Assembly (NCBI GenBank): GCA_964016885.1
Contig: OZ024742.1
Location: 93,186,001-93,250,000 of the forward strand
Direction of reading: 5' to 3'
DNA: 64,000 nucleotides
Source of the DNA: Eledone cirrhosa
Lineage: Eukaryota
Shown: in pieces, positions 1 to 13,141 of the stretch
Position numbering within the stretch: position 1 is the stretch's first letter
Layout of the letters: every line of letters begins with the position of its first letter
The notes under the pieces: generated by a model
What the model was told of the DNA's origin: nothing
Database searches by the model: none
What the model saw: the letters and a program-made list of their open reading frames with translations, nothing else
Program-made: the position numbers and the translations under genes

Positions 1-375
1 CTTGTTTACTCATTACCCTCATTCTATCTTCTTGTAAAATAATAACATTTGTTTTTGACATTTTGAATATTCATCCGCAATCATTATTATTTTTTCTCTC
101 TATCATAAATCTTTTTAATCTCAATTTCATCCTTAATTTATTATTATTTTTTTCTCCCCATCAACGAACTCATTATTAATACATATCAATTCAATATACA
201 AACTTTAACTTCACATTATTTTTCTCAAATCCTTCTACACTTCTCAAATCCTTCTACCTTAACAATTTTTCTCTTCGCTAATTTTGAAATTGCCACAATA
301 CATACATTTCTTCTTTTGACGTTAGAATATTCACCCACAATTATTATTTTTTTCTCTCTATCTTCATACATAATT

Positions 376-785
376 TCCCTTCGTTAATTTTCAAATTCCT
401 TTAATTTATACATTATCTTCCAACGGTTCCCAACCTCTCTATATTAAAACAATATATCTTTTTCTCAGTTATAAAAACTATCTCTTTCTCTCTATCACCC
501 ATCTCTCCCTCTCCACCTTCACTCTCATCTCCTCCCCCCTTTTTTTCATCCTCTCCACCCCACCCTCCCTAAATAAAATATTTTTTCCTCGCACATATCC
601 TCCCTTCGTTAATTTTCAAAATTTTTAATTTATACAGTATCTTCCAACGGTTTTCAACCCCTCTATGTAAAAAATATATCTCCTCTCAGTTATAAAAACT
701 ATCTCTTTCTCTCTATCACCCATCTCTCCCTCTCATCTCCTTCCCTTTTCATCCCCCCCCCCCTCTCTAAATAAAATATTTTTCC
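376..785. repeat. Diverged ~225-bp tandem duplication in pyrimidine-rich DNA
   Basis: 376-600 and 601-785 both begin tcccttcgttaattttcaaa and share ctcagttataaaaactatctctttctctctatcacccatctctccctctc. Confidence 0.8.
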
Positions 786-880
786 CAATATCACACATCA
801 ATCTAAAACCACTTTTCATATGTTGATTTAAAACTGCACTATCAACAAGTGTTTTTTTAGCCTTCATATCATGTTCTCCT

Positions 881-949
881 GTTTTATCTGATGAAAACAC
901 AAATATTATTGCTTGATGATGTTTGTTTTTGAAATGCGCATAATAAAAT
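881..949 (+). ncRNA. Minimal type I hammerhead ribozyme motif (Penelope-like)
   Basis: Stem I ttttat/ataaaa; CTGATGA 888-894; stem II includes caaatatta/tgatgtttg; GAAA 931-934; palindromic stem III atgcgcat; AUA cleavage triplet; ~35 nt upstream of a (TA)n tract. Confidence 0.75.
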
Positions 950-980
950 ATATGGAACTCCTTTAACCATCTTTTGATCT

Positions 981-1078
<98 letters not shown>

Positions 1079-1079
<1 letters not shown>

Positions 1080-1260
1080 ACAAAGGAAATGTGGTAAGGA
1101 ACCAGGTGGACTTTAACGCACCAAAGTACTCAATACTTAGGGTAGTAGAGTGGGTAATAGGAATGAGTAGGACCCCGACGGCTAATTCTGGACGGCTAAT
1201 TCTAAGTCCAGAATTAGCCGTCGAAACGGCTTGAGCTCAGCCGTCGGGGTCCTACTCGTT

Positions 1261-1262
<2 letters not shown>
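1079..1262 (-). mobile_element. Fold-back element in (TA)n, copy 1 (Penelope-like non-autonomous, half-hammerhead)
   Basis: (TA)n on both sides; inverted arms; GAAA-CGGC-ttgagctca-GCCG-TC at 1223-1245; homologous to 19089, 33010 and 46866 copies. Confidence 0.8.
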
Positions 1263-1342
<80 letters not shown>

Positions 1343-2189
1343 TATATACATATACACCCACACACATATATATACACACATATGTATAAATACCTGATAA
1401 CATATACAAACATGCTACATAAAATACACGCATGCATGCATATGTACATACAGATGTGAATATGAATATACAAGTTCCAGTTCATGCCTACATACATGTG
1501 AAGGGCAGTTTGGTGTATAGGTACTGTGGTGATGGTAGTGTCAATAGTGGTGGTGACAGCGGTGTTGTTGGTGTAGTGGAAATGAGTGAAGAATATAAAG
1601 TAATGTAGTTTAAAAATCAAAGAATTACGTATGGTGAAGATTATGGGAATATATAATTATAGAAGCTATGATGGGTGAATGAGTGAGAGGTGGTGGGGTG
1701 GTATTGGTGTTAAGTAAATATGTGAAATATATAAGATATATAAATATAACTTATGGAGATATAACTACAATGAAGATTATGGCAATATAAATATTATGGA
1801 ATTACATAAGATGATGATAGTTGTAGTGGCAGGGTTGTGTGGGTGTTAGGTACATATAAAGTATAAGGTATGAGGAATAAAGAAAGTAAGGAGAAAATGA
1901 AAAAGCTGAAAATATGAAAAATGGAGAAAGGGAAATGAAAAATGGAAAAGTTGGAAAGATGACAAAAAATGACAGAATTACAAAATGAAAGAAAAGAAAT
2001 TAAAAATTAAAAAACAAAATTTTTTTTTAAATTTAAAAATTAGATATTCAAAAATTATAATAATGATATATGAAGTAAATTAAATGTAAGGATTAGAAGA
2101 ATATAAGGATGGTGAATGTCGTGAAATTATAGAGTATAATATATAGCATATGATATATAACACATAAGAGTGGTGAAATATATGAAACA

Positions 2190-2747
2190 TTGTTTCCTGT
2201 GTGCAGGAGAGGAGGGTACGTTGGTATGGACATGTGATGCGTATGAAGGATGATAGCTGCATAAAAAGGTGCAGAACACTAGAAATCGATGGAAGTGGGG
2301 AGACCTAAGAAGACTTGGGATGAGGTGATAAAAGCCGACCTTACCCAATTGCACCTCTCAAGGGCGATAACACACGACCGTGACCTCTGGCGTCACGCAG
2401 TAATACAGAAGACCCAACTTCCCACAGGAACAAGCTGAAGCTGAAGCATATAGACAATATGCCCCCATACCCTCCCACTGCAAGGTGGTCGTGGAGGTGC
2501 CACAGCAAAAAAGCACCCAGCCCACACTGTAAATGAGGTTGGTGTTAGGAAGGGCATCCAGCTGTAGAAATCAAGCCAGAATCAGTTCCTGTATGAGCAA
2601 GACAAGGTCAGCCGACCGGACACTGCCCACAACAGGACAACCCGCCTAACCCATGCTAGCGTGGAAGAACGGATGTAAAACGGTGATGGTGATGGTGATG
2701 ATGATGATGATGGTGATGGTGATGATGGTGATGGTGATGGTGATGAT
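2190..2747 (+). mobile_element. Older RTE LINE 3' fragment with (GAT/GGT)n tail
   Basis: Encodes ...RVRWYGHVMRMKDDSCIK...; 3' UTR motif gttaggaagggcatccagctgtagaaa; GAT-rich tail. Confidence 0.85.
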
Positions 2748-3239
2748 GCAAGACTCACTATTTAGCCTTAATAAAATGAATACATATATACAATATATTT
2801 ATACATATACACATACACACATTTATATACACATATATATGCACATATATATACACATATATATACACATATATATACACATATATATATATACATATAT
2901 TTATATGCACATACATATACACATATATACACACAAATACACATACACATACATATCTACACACACATACATATATATGTATATCCATCCTTTTGGACCC
3001 ATCAGCCCCACCATGTACCAATGACCATACTTCAAACCTTTACAGAAACAAACAAACAAACCTACACATGCACACACACAGTCATGTACATCCATATCTA
3101 CTCAAAATATACAATGATTACCTTCCTTTCTAAACCTCTCTAATATCTAAGATACCCACTGACCACTATTTGTTTTAAATGACTGACTGAATACACACGT
3201 ATTTTGTCTCAAAATTTTTTTTCTGATCCTTACTCTGCA

Positions 3240-3400
3240 CCCTCTGCCTTTCTATTTCATCTTTTATTTCTCAATCTATCTTCTGTTGAAGGACTAGTGT
3301 TCAAAACGTTAAGACTCTTTTCCTACTATATCAAGCGCTATATTAATATATTTCTTGATTCTACTGTCGTTTGCTTTGTTTTTTCTGTTTACTTTTAGCA
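3240..3400 (+). mobile_element. Penelope-like terminal fragment with decayed hammerhead
   Basis: ctgttga-aggac-tagt-gttc-aaaa-cgtta; homologous over ~160 bp to 50412-50578, which has CTGATGA...GAAA. Confidence 0.55.
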
Positions 3401-4664
3401 TACATACATATATACACACACACACATACACACACACATATATATACACATTTATGTATACACACACACACATATATATTAAATTTATATTGAATCCCAG
3501 AAGACAGCTGATGAGCAGGAACTGTTTATATCTCTGGTTTTCTGAACTTTCTGTGCCTTTTATTTGTCCCACATGTTATTTCTTATAGATATTTACACAC
3601 ACACACACATGCACATGTGTGTGTATATACATGTTTGCGTAGGTGTATACTTGGATGTGTATATAGATAATTATATATAAATATATTTTTGTTTATATAC
3701 ATGAACAAATAAATGCATATAGATACCTTACACACACATTTTCCCTTCAAAATTCCTTCTTTTCACCCTCTTTACATTTGGTGCCTTCCTCCTGGCAGTT
3801 GCCATGCGTGACAGTAAAGCAGTGGTCTTGTTTAATAAACATATAGACGCAAGGATTTGGAAACTCTTTCTTAAACAGTATCAATATACTATACTCCAAT
3901 CTTTTTGTTATCATTTTCATTAGTATGAATAGTGCAAGTTGTTGTAGTTGTTGTTCTTGTTCCAATGATGGATGATGTACGTGGCTATTTTTCTATGAAT
4001 AGGATTGAATTGGGCATGATAATCACTGATATTTTACAAAAGCCTCCAAAGAGATGGATTAGTTGCTGGATCAGATGACAGGTAAGATTGATCACAGTGG
4101 GGAACAATGAAAATGGTGGTGGGAGGTGAAGATTATCATAATGATGATAATGATAATAATAATAACTGCAATAAGGATAACAATATAGAGAAATAGAAAC
4201 CGAATGAAAATAAACTAGATATAAATTAAAGAAACTTTCAGTCAATCTGAAGCCAAAATAGAAGACAATCAAACAATTCAATAAATATGTAAACAGACAA
4301 ATGGTTTGAGTGATAGACAGACAATCAGATGGACTATATAGAAGGAAAGACAAAACAAGAAAACATAGAGAGGATGGGAAAAGTAACGAAAATATAAATG
4401 GAGAAAAGATTAGAAAAATGAAGAAGAAATATTTTTATTGGAATTTAAGAAGAGAGAATATGCCCTAAATTCTTTAAAACAGATTAATTATGGAGAGAAA
4501 AGTAAAGACAGTAGAGAAAAAAAAAATCTAGTGCCAGTGTTAAGGTAGTTCTGATCAGACATTTGGCGCTAGGATGTTGTGTTGGAGTGCAGGGAGAATA
4601 TATTTATTGGAAATTTTTACTCTTTGGATTGAAAGATAGCCTGTTACTATTGAAGCTAACTACT

Positions 4665-5010
4665 TCATCATCATCACTGTTTAATATATATTTTCCATGC
4701 TTGCATGGGTTAGACAGGCTGTCACATACTGAGGCTTGACTGGTCAGGTGATTATGCCTTGCTCATATGCCCCTTTTTTGGATTGGTTTTTATGGCTGGT
4801 TGCCCACACTAATGTTAATCACTTTACAGCATGTACAAGGAACATTTTATTATGACTTCAGCACTACTGTCTTAAAGAGTAGGCTGGGTGCTTTTGTCAT
4901 GGCACCAGCACTACTGTCTTACAGTGTGGACCAGATGCTTTTTATTGTAGCACCAGCACTACCATCTTACAAGGTGGACTAGGTGCTTTTTATCATGGCA
5001 TCAATACTAT
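4665..5010 (-). mobile_element. Degenerate RTE/SINE 3' UTR with ~45-50-bp internal repeats
   Basis: (CAT)n, tccatgcttgcatgggttagac, then repeated gtgctttt...ggcaccagcactac modules. Confidence 0.6.
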
Positions 5011-5031
5011 AAATATATACATATATATATA

Positions 5032-6282
5032 TAGAGAAGAAATTCCAAACATGGAAGCATGGCCTAGAATCAAAAGGCCTTAAAGTTAACTTGTCTAAGA
5101 CTAAAGTTCTAGTTTGTAGGAAGGAAAATAGGGCACCGGTCCCATCTGGGAAATGGCCATGCTCAGTGTGTAGGAAAGGAGGAGCCAGAAACTCCATTTT
5201 ATGTCCCAAATACAAAGTATGGGTACATAAAAGATGTAGTGGGATCACAGGTAAGCTAACTAAGAATATAGATTTTATATGTGGCCGGTGCTCTGGTGCA
5301 ATAAGTAGCAGCAAGTGCCCACAGAATACTAGCTCATTCCATTGCACAGATGGTTCTATAGAAATAGTGGACACCTTCCGTTACCTGGGTGACAAAATCA
5401 GCAGTGGGGGAGGGTGCTCTGAAAGTACAGTAGCTAGAGTCAGAACGGGATGGAAAAAGTTCAGAGAGCTTATACCACTATTGGCCGCTAAAGGGTTCTC
5501 TCTAAAAATGAAAGGCAGGCTGTATGATGCCTGCATATGAACAGCAATGTTACATGGCAGTGAGACCTGGGCATTGTGTGCAGAGGATATACGCAGACTG
5601 GAGAGAAATGAAGCCTGCATGCTCCGCTGGATGTGTAATAGTAATATACGTGAACGGCAAAGCATAAACGAACTAAGGGAGAAATTAGGAATAAGAGGGA
5701 TCAGATGTTGTTTACTCGAGAGAAGACTACGTTGGTACGGTCACGTGATGCGCATGAAAGACGACAACTGTATAAAAAAGTGCAGAGCGATAAAAATAGA
5801 CGGTAGCCACGGAGTAGGCAGACCCATAAAAACCTGGGACGACTTGATAAATTCCGACCTCACACACTTACACCTCTCCAAGACAATGTCACTGGACCGA
5901 GATCTTTGGCGCTACGTAGTAATACAGAAGACCCGCCTTGCCTAAGTACAAAGCAAAACCTACAGTCAGTAGGCACCTCTAACAAAAATACCCCCCCCCC
6001 CCCCCTTAAATGTGAAGTTATGTTGGTACCACAACATCCAGTCTGAAACAAATGAGGTCCTGTAGGTGTCACGACAAAAAAAAACAGACAGTCCACACTG
6101 TAATATGGCCGTGTAGGTAACACGGTAAAAACCTCCCAGTACACACTGTAAACGTGGTTGGTGTTGGGAAGGGCACCCAGCCGTAGAAAACCCGCCAGGC
6201 AGTCCTGAGCAAGACAACCAATCTTGCCTCAAGTGGGACAATTCCCGTCCAGACCCATGCTAGCGTGGAAAATGGACGTTAA

Positions 6283-6320
<38 letters not shown>
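5032..6320 (+). mobile_element. Young RTE LINE, 5'-truncated, inserted at (TA)n
   Basis: ORFs 5091-5540 and 5547-5945 are split by CGA>TGA; near-identical to 33627 copy; (GAT)n tail. Confidence 0.95.
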
Positions 6321-6569
6321 ATGTATATATTTATTTATGTACATACTACTATTCTTCATTTGTATTAACTAATACATCAAACCATCTATCTGTTTAAATA
6401 TCTATTAATAAATCTACTATTGTGAAACAGCAGGGGTATTTGATTGTAAAATATTGATTTCTAATTGAGACATAAGGCCTACAAATTTGTCGGAAGGGCA
6501 AAGTTGATTAAATTAACTGCAGTATTTGACTGGTAGTTATTTTATTAGAATGTAAAGAGCCAGAACAAA

Positions 6570-6820
6570 TAATGGTTTCTAATTTAGGCACAAGGCCAAC
6601 AATGTCTATTGGACGAGGGTAAAGTCGATTAAATTGACCCCAGTGCATTACCGGTAGTTTATTTTATTGACCTTGTAAGGATAAAAGGCAAAGCTAACAT
6701 CAGCAGAATTTGAACCCAGAACATAAAAGGCCATAACTCAATGCCATAAAGCATGTTGTCCAATGTTCAATGAAATGGCATTTTACCTGGCACTCTACCA
6801 ATTCTGCCAATTCACAGTCC
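6570..6820 (-). mobile_element. tRNA-derived SINE (Meta-domain-like family A); many further copies in window
   Basis: Reverse of gttcaaat...gccttttatccttacaaggtcaataaaataa...ggccttgtgcctaaattagaaacc; similar copies near 11575, 16470, 23170, 26575, 27160, 38165, 43633, 55955. Confidence 0.8.
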
Positions 6821-7068
6821 TTATGATGAATATAAAGTTTATCATACAGGCTGCTCGACTAACCTCAGCAAAGAATATAGCCTAAAAATATTTGTTTTAC
6901 TCTAACAATAGTGTTTTACTCAGAATATGGTCACTTTCTAGGAACACTATTGTTTAAATTTCTATCAAACTATTCAGCTGTGGTTTTTCTTGGTTTGAAG
7001 ATTGAATTACAAAGTTTTTTGCTCTTTTATTTCGCTGGTTTCAATCATTGGACTGTGGAACACCACCA

Positions 7069-7257
7069 TTAACCCTTTAGCATTTACATTACTCTATATT
7101 TATTGTTGTATTTTTGTGGTAAAGGCTTTATCTTACATAATTATCTCACATAATATCGAATATATGTGATTTTAATATTATTTATTTTGAGAACAATACT
7201 TTAACTGATTTGAACAGAAAGAGCTGGATACGGCCGGTTTAAATGTTAAATGGTTAA
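7069..7257. mobile_element. piggyBac-like MITE (TTAA-CCC...GG-TTAA)
   Basis: ttaaccctttagcatttac ... ttaaatgttaaatggttaa inverted termini with TTAA; related relics at 7262-8135, 10270-10432, 23647, 56090-56202, 57730. Confidence 0.55.
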
Positions 7258-7411
7258 GGGTTTTAACACTTTTGATACTAACCAACCAGCATGAAACTAT
7301 TTCTAGTTCTATGATACCATGCTGTTTATTTTTAAATGTATTTATTTAAAACCTTCTGTCATATTTTCATGTAAGAATCTTTAAGTCATGTTTCAAACAT
7401 CATATTAATAA

Positions 7412-8023
7412 CTAGCTAAACTACACGTCCTTTGGACGGTTCAAGTAGCTTTCGATGTAGCACATTAAACTAAACAAAGTAAATTTGAATACATAGAAGA
7501 AAAACGTACTTTATGTAAACATGAAAACCTTAGGCACTATTCCAGCGAAATAATTTTAGATAAATTTAAGCATAATATTGTAAAAGTTATGACATCATTT
7601 AATGTATGAACATCAAGCTTGAAACGATAAATTATACAATGTCAAATCTATAACTTAACTTAGTAATCTGTTAGAAATTGCTGGTTGTGAAATATACAAA
7701 ATGATATTGTTAGTCTCTTTCTTTCAAGTACAAAGAGTAAATTAAAATCCGAATGAGCCGAATTACGAAAGATAACTCTTGTCTTACTTAATCACGAAAA
7801 TTCACACAAATAACCGAAACTTTTTTTAATGTCTCCAAAGGCCCCAATATCGATTTTTGAAAGCCTTTGTAGATCATGTACAGGTTTTGTGCAAGGAGAA
7901 GCTCTGTAAAAAATTTCAAAGAAATCGCATGAATGGGTTAGAATATATGAGCCCTCATTAAAAATTGTCCATACACATATACACATGCATACACAAAACT
8001 ACAAATTTATATATATACACAGA
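7412..8023 (-). mobile_element. Non-autonomous Helitron
   Basis: Minus strand begins TC (8023) and ends CTAG (7412); subterminal hairpin cgtcc-ttt-ggacg at 7426-7438; inserted between A and T with no TSD; host repeat resumes on both sides. Confidence 0.8.
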
Positions 8024-9977
8024 TAAGAAAGTTAGTTATATAACTAAATTCTTTCAAATTCTTGATTATTTTCGAAATGATTTGAAAATCATAGTGAGTG
8101 TGTTTCATTAGAAATATGCTTATGAATGGGTGAATCAAACCCCATATGCATTTTATTGATCCATATCTATACAAATGGCTCAGTTACATTTTGTCATAAA
8201 GGAATGCAACTCAATAGTTGCACACACACCATCATCACACACACAGACCATGCCTCATCATTACACACACACAATGAGGTACCACACAGTATCTATCAAC
8301 CAAATTTCATTCACAAAGCTCTGGTCTACAAGAAGCTGTAATAGAAGACACTTGTCCATGGTGTCACACTGTGTGATCAAACCTGAAACCATGAGGCTCC
8401 AAAGCAAACTTCTTAATCACATGGTTATATATGCAGCTACAATTCCCAATAGTTCAGATTTATGACTGAATGGTGTAGACTAATGAGAACTAATTCAGTG
8501 TAATCACTGTAATTAGTGAACTTTAAAGTGGTTTACAATTGGTATAAGTCAATAAAGAGAAGCAAAAGAAATGAGATTATGTTAGCAATCTCTAAGGAAA
8601 TAGAATATCTAACATTTCAACAGATAACTTCTACATTATTAGACTTTGTTTTAGATTATTTACCATTGTGGATACAGCATGGCCTAAAGATTTAGGTTAA
8701 GAAATTTGCTTCAAAACATAAGGTCCAAGGTTCAATCCCACTGTGTGTAATTTTGGGCAAGTGCCATTTTGAAGACTGTTTGAAAGCCTGTCAGATGGAC
8801 TGTATCTGAATTGAAAGGAGCAGTATTGTCTTAGACTGTGTGACTCTGAATCCTCACCAAGAATTTCATTAAGAGTACACTTAATTGTGGAATACTCAGC
8901 CACTTGCAGATTAATCTCATGAACAGGCTATTCTGTTGATCAAACAACTGGAACATTCATCATTGAAACCCATAGGGACTGACACTATTCTATATTCCTT
9001 TATTCTTACAATGTCTGATGAAATGCTTTGTTTAGAACATTACATTTTCCTTTTCTCATGCCAATTTAATCTAAACTCTTCCCCTTGAAGTTCAGCAGAC
9101 CTATGATGAGAGGACATGAACTAAGGAACCTTAGAATTATAGGATGATGTGATATTAATTCTATATATCTACTACACATTGACTATCTCATTGTTTTGAT
9201 GAACTAATTTACTTTATTTTCAAAATTCTTTTGACACCAAACTTTAAGCTGTTTATTTGAAAGTGTTTATATTTATCTAAAAATAATTGTCATCAGAATT
9301 TTATGTATGGATATTTTAGCTATGTCCCAAACACCACATAAATAAAAGAATATTAGTAAAAAGTTATTTGAAAATCATAGAAGGTAACCTTTTTTAGAAA
9401 TAAGATAACAAAAGTTAATAAAGTCCTAGTACTTTATTTCTGATAAATACAACTGCTTACACATTATCTACACCACAGTCTGTGATGCCAGTGTAATGTT
9501 AATGTTGTGGTATTGCAGGATATTTGCTTACTTGCACATGCTTAGGACTATTTAATGTGTCTATCAGTTTGAGGTTTGGATAGTGGTCATGGTGGAGGGG
9601 GGGGGGGAGTTTTTATAGTATGCCACGAAGATAATGCGGGCGAATCACAATACCTAGTTAGAACAGACATCTAAAGATTTGAACTTACTGCTTTAGACTT
9701 ATTTTTTTAATGTTATATCTATGATAAAAATATATGAATTCCTTTACCCTTAAATCTGCCATTGTGAACACAATCTAATATATTCCTTTTGTTATCAAAT
9801 TTTTGATGAATGACAATTCTTATAATTTTCAAATCATTTTCAAAATAAACAACACTTTCAAGGGATTTAGTAAAATATAACTTTTTCATTATCAAACTGA
9901 TGTTAGAAACATAACTTAACAAAGGTTCATATATAACATTCTAATGAAATATTTTTAGATAAATATAAACATTTTAA

Positions 9978-10163
9978 TTGAGCAGTTTTTCTACATAATC
10001 ATAAGGTTCTGTATCTAACTGCACTGCATGGCATATAGAGCAAGCCTCATTTACCATAATCATAGGTAGGTCTACCTGTGGTTATGGTAAATGACGCTTG
10101 CTCTATATGCCATGCAGTGCGGTTAAATACAGAACCTTATGATTATGTAGAAAAACTGCTCAA
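9978..10163. repeat. 186-bp spacerless near-perfect palindrome
   Basis: ttgagcagtttttctac...ggtagg|tctacc...gtagaaaaactgctcaa; centre 10070/10071; about 5 mismatches. Confidence 0.95.
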
Positions 10164-12241
10164 CTATTTTGTGATGATACATTGACATATAACAGTACAC
10201 TGTGTCCATAAATAGAGCAAAAAATGTGCAACAAGTAGAACACTGTTAAGCAGATCAAGAAAATCTAATTGTAAAACACATCAACCTTTAGTTATGCTAT
10301 ATTCCAAACGTCAGTTTAATAAAAAGAAAGCCAATTATATTACTAACTCCCTTCTAATTCTTGATTATCTTAAACTGATTTGAAAATTGTAGTGAAAGAG
10401 TTTCATTAGAAATATGGTAATTAAATGGTTAAAGCCATGTTTATATTTGCTTAAAAATCGTCTATCATAATTTTTTGTAAGAACGTTTGTTATATTAAAC
10501 AATCTTCCTTTTTTTGTACCTTCGCTGCCAATCTCACGGTGAGTTTCTGAGCCGCTGTCATGCTGTCAACAATTTCGTTTCATTCAGTAGGCTGTTAATA
10601 ATACAAAGCAAGAGTTCATCTCGTAGAAATGTTGTAAACATTTATAAAGTATAATAATCAAGAAAATAGTAATTTATTTAAGGTTAAGTTAATTAAATCA
10701 TAGTCAGCGTGTGCAATAGCAGTACGCACTTAGCTTGAACGCATGCAGCTGCTGTGTGTAATTTTATTCATAAACATCACAACTGAGTAATTCTAGAAAT
10801 TGAAGTAGTGGAGCCAAAACTTAGTTTAGCTGGCATTTAACTGACAAATTACTGAAATATTTGTACCAGAATGAAATAAAGTTATAAACAAGCAAACAGA
10901 AGTGAAATATATTCTTGGAATTCTTAAATGGGGAAAAAATGAACCCCCTCCTAAAAAAAAACACCTCCAAAAAGCAACAAAAAAAAAAAAGTAAAACAAC
11001 AAGAAGAAAACACAGTATGATAATTTTACATCATAGACATAAAACTAAAATTAAAAGAAGATGAGGCAAAAAATCCCCTAAAGAAGCACTACTGATGGTA
11101 GCTTTTATTTTTTTTTTTTTGACAGAAGTTTGACTCTATGAGTGAACATGAAAGACAGGATGTGTGTTAAGTTTGTAGCCTTCTTCTTTTGATTAAAATG
11201 TTTCTTATTTTCTTGTTAATAGTTGACACCTGCCTGTAATTTGTGGAGACAGAACAACAATTTAACATAGACAAGTTTGTTTGTTTGTGTGTATGTCTGT
11301 GTGTACATATATGTGTGTCTATGTATGTAATTATGTGTATGTAAGCAAAGCAGTGTAGTTAAGAAGTCGACTTCACAACCATAGAGCTTCAGGATCAATC
11401 CCACGACAGTGCACTATCTTTTTTTTTTTTTTATTTTGTTTATAGTAGATTGTCCCCTTCCTGCGATTTGTGGAAAACGGAACAACAGTTTAATATAGAC
11501 AAGTTTGTTTGTGTGACTGGTCATGTCTGCTATATATGTAAATGTATATGTATGTATGATAATATTGTTAATTTATGCACAAGGCCAGCAATTTGTGGGG
11601 AAGAAAAGTTGATTATGTCAATGTTAGTTCATGACTGGTACTTTATTTTATCAACTCTGGAAAGATGAAAGGCAACGTGGACATTGGCAAGATTTGAACT
11701 CAGAATATGAAGGGCTGTAACTAAATGCTGCAAAGCATTTTGTCTGACACTCTATCAATTATGCCAGTCCACTGCCCTTAAATGTTTGTGTGTAACAATG
11801 TATATGTAATTATGTATATGTATAGAGGTGATGAATTGGCAGAGTTTGTACTTATTTTGGTTCTTTGTGATCTGAGTTCAAAGCCCACTGAGGTCAAATT
11901 CACCTTTCATCCCTTCATGGTCAATAACGTAAAGTACCAGTCCAGAGAGGATTTGCAAAATCTGTCTTCTAGGTGTCCACAATCTGCAGAGTCATTCAAA
12001 TCCCACTGAAGGATGGGGTGAATCACCTAATTAAAGGACCACAACTGATTATAAAAACAGCAATGGGTGGAGGAGGATTGTGGTTATCTGCTACTGCAGT
12101 CAAATAATGATGATGTATGTGCAGTGGGGTTAAGAAATTTGGTTCCAGGTTCAATCCCACTGTGGGATGCTTTCTACTGTAACCAGAGGTTGACTAATGC
12201 CTTGTGAGTGAAATTTCATACAGAAACTGTGCCAAAGATTG

Positions 12242-12287
<46 letters not shown>

Positions 12288-13141
12288 TATATGTAATATA
12301 TTGATAATCTGTGGCACTGTGACTAGGAAGACCAGAAGACATAACTGGCCGAAAAGGCCAAGCTCATGGTTGATCCTCTGCTTTTACTAATATAAATATA
12401 CTATAATCAGGTCAGGCTTCTGCTTGCTACTTATATCATGTAATCCAGTACAACCTGCTTCATGGCCGAGTGGTCAATAACTAAGCTGGCTCGTCCACCA
12501 GACCCTGGTCTGGTGAGAAGGGTAAGTGGAACCCCAGCAGCTCAAAAATCAAGGGTGGATTAACTCCTCAGAGTCAGCAACTATACAACAATGGGTTAAG
12601 TAATCTTACCAACTGGCAACTGCGAAGTGTGGTGAGTATGGCTTCACCCTTAACATGACCAAAACAAAATAGAAAGTGGTAGAAGTCAACCAGCGAGGAG
12701 TTCCTCTAATAAGAGTGAGAAGGCTCTGGATTAGATTGGATGCATGAGAACTCTTTATTTGTGTCAAAGGCATGGCAACCTAACTAGTGCTGGTTCCATG
12801 ATAAAATGCACCCAGTATACTATGTAGAGTACAGGAACATATGTAAGCAAGATGTGGCTAGCCTATCTGAGAAGTCAGTGCCTTCAATTAATTAATGATT
12901 TGGTCTATGATGACATGTCTAAACTTTGTTATATAGGAAAAATAATAAAGATTTGAAGATCCCCCTGATGTTTCTTTTATATATACATACAAATTTACAG
13001 TACACAAAGAAGAGAAATTGGTTCATATGAAATAAATTATATATTTTTTTAAATTTTAAATAGGGCAGGCAGAAATAATCATGATTATCTTATTTGTTTT
13101 TGATGTTTTCAAATATTATCAATGTTTTATTTTCATATATA

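Noticed and set aside
12460-12545. HDV-like ribozyme in a LINE-5'-UTR-like segment
   Set aside because: Could not build consistent P1/P2/P3/P1.1 pairing by eye; needs a descriptor search
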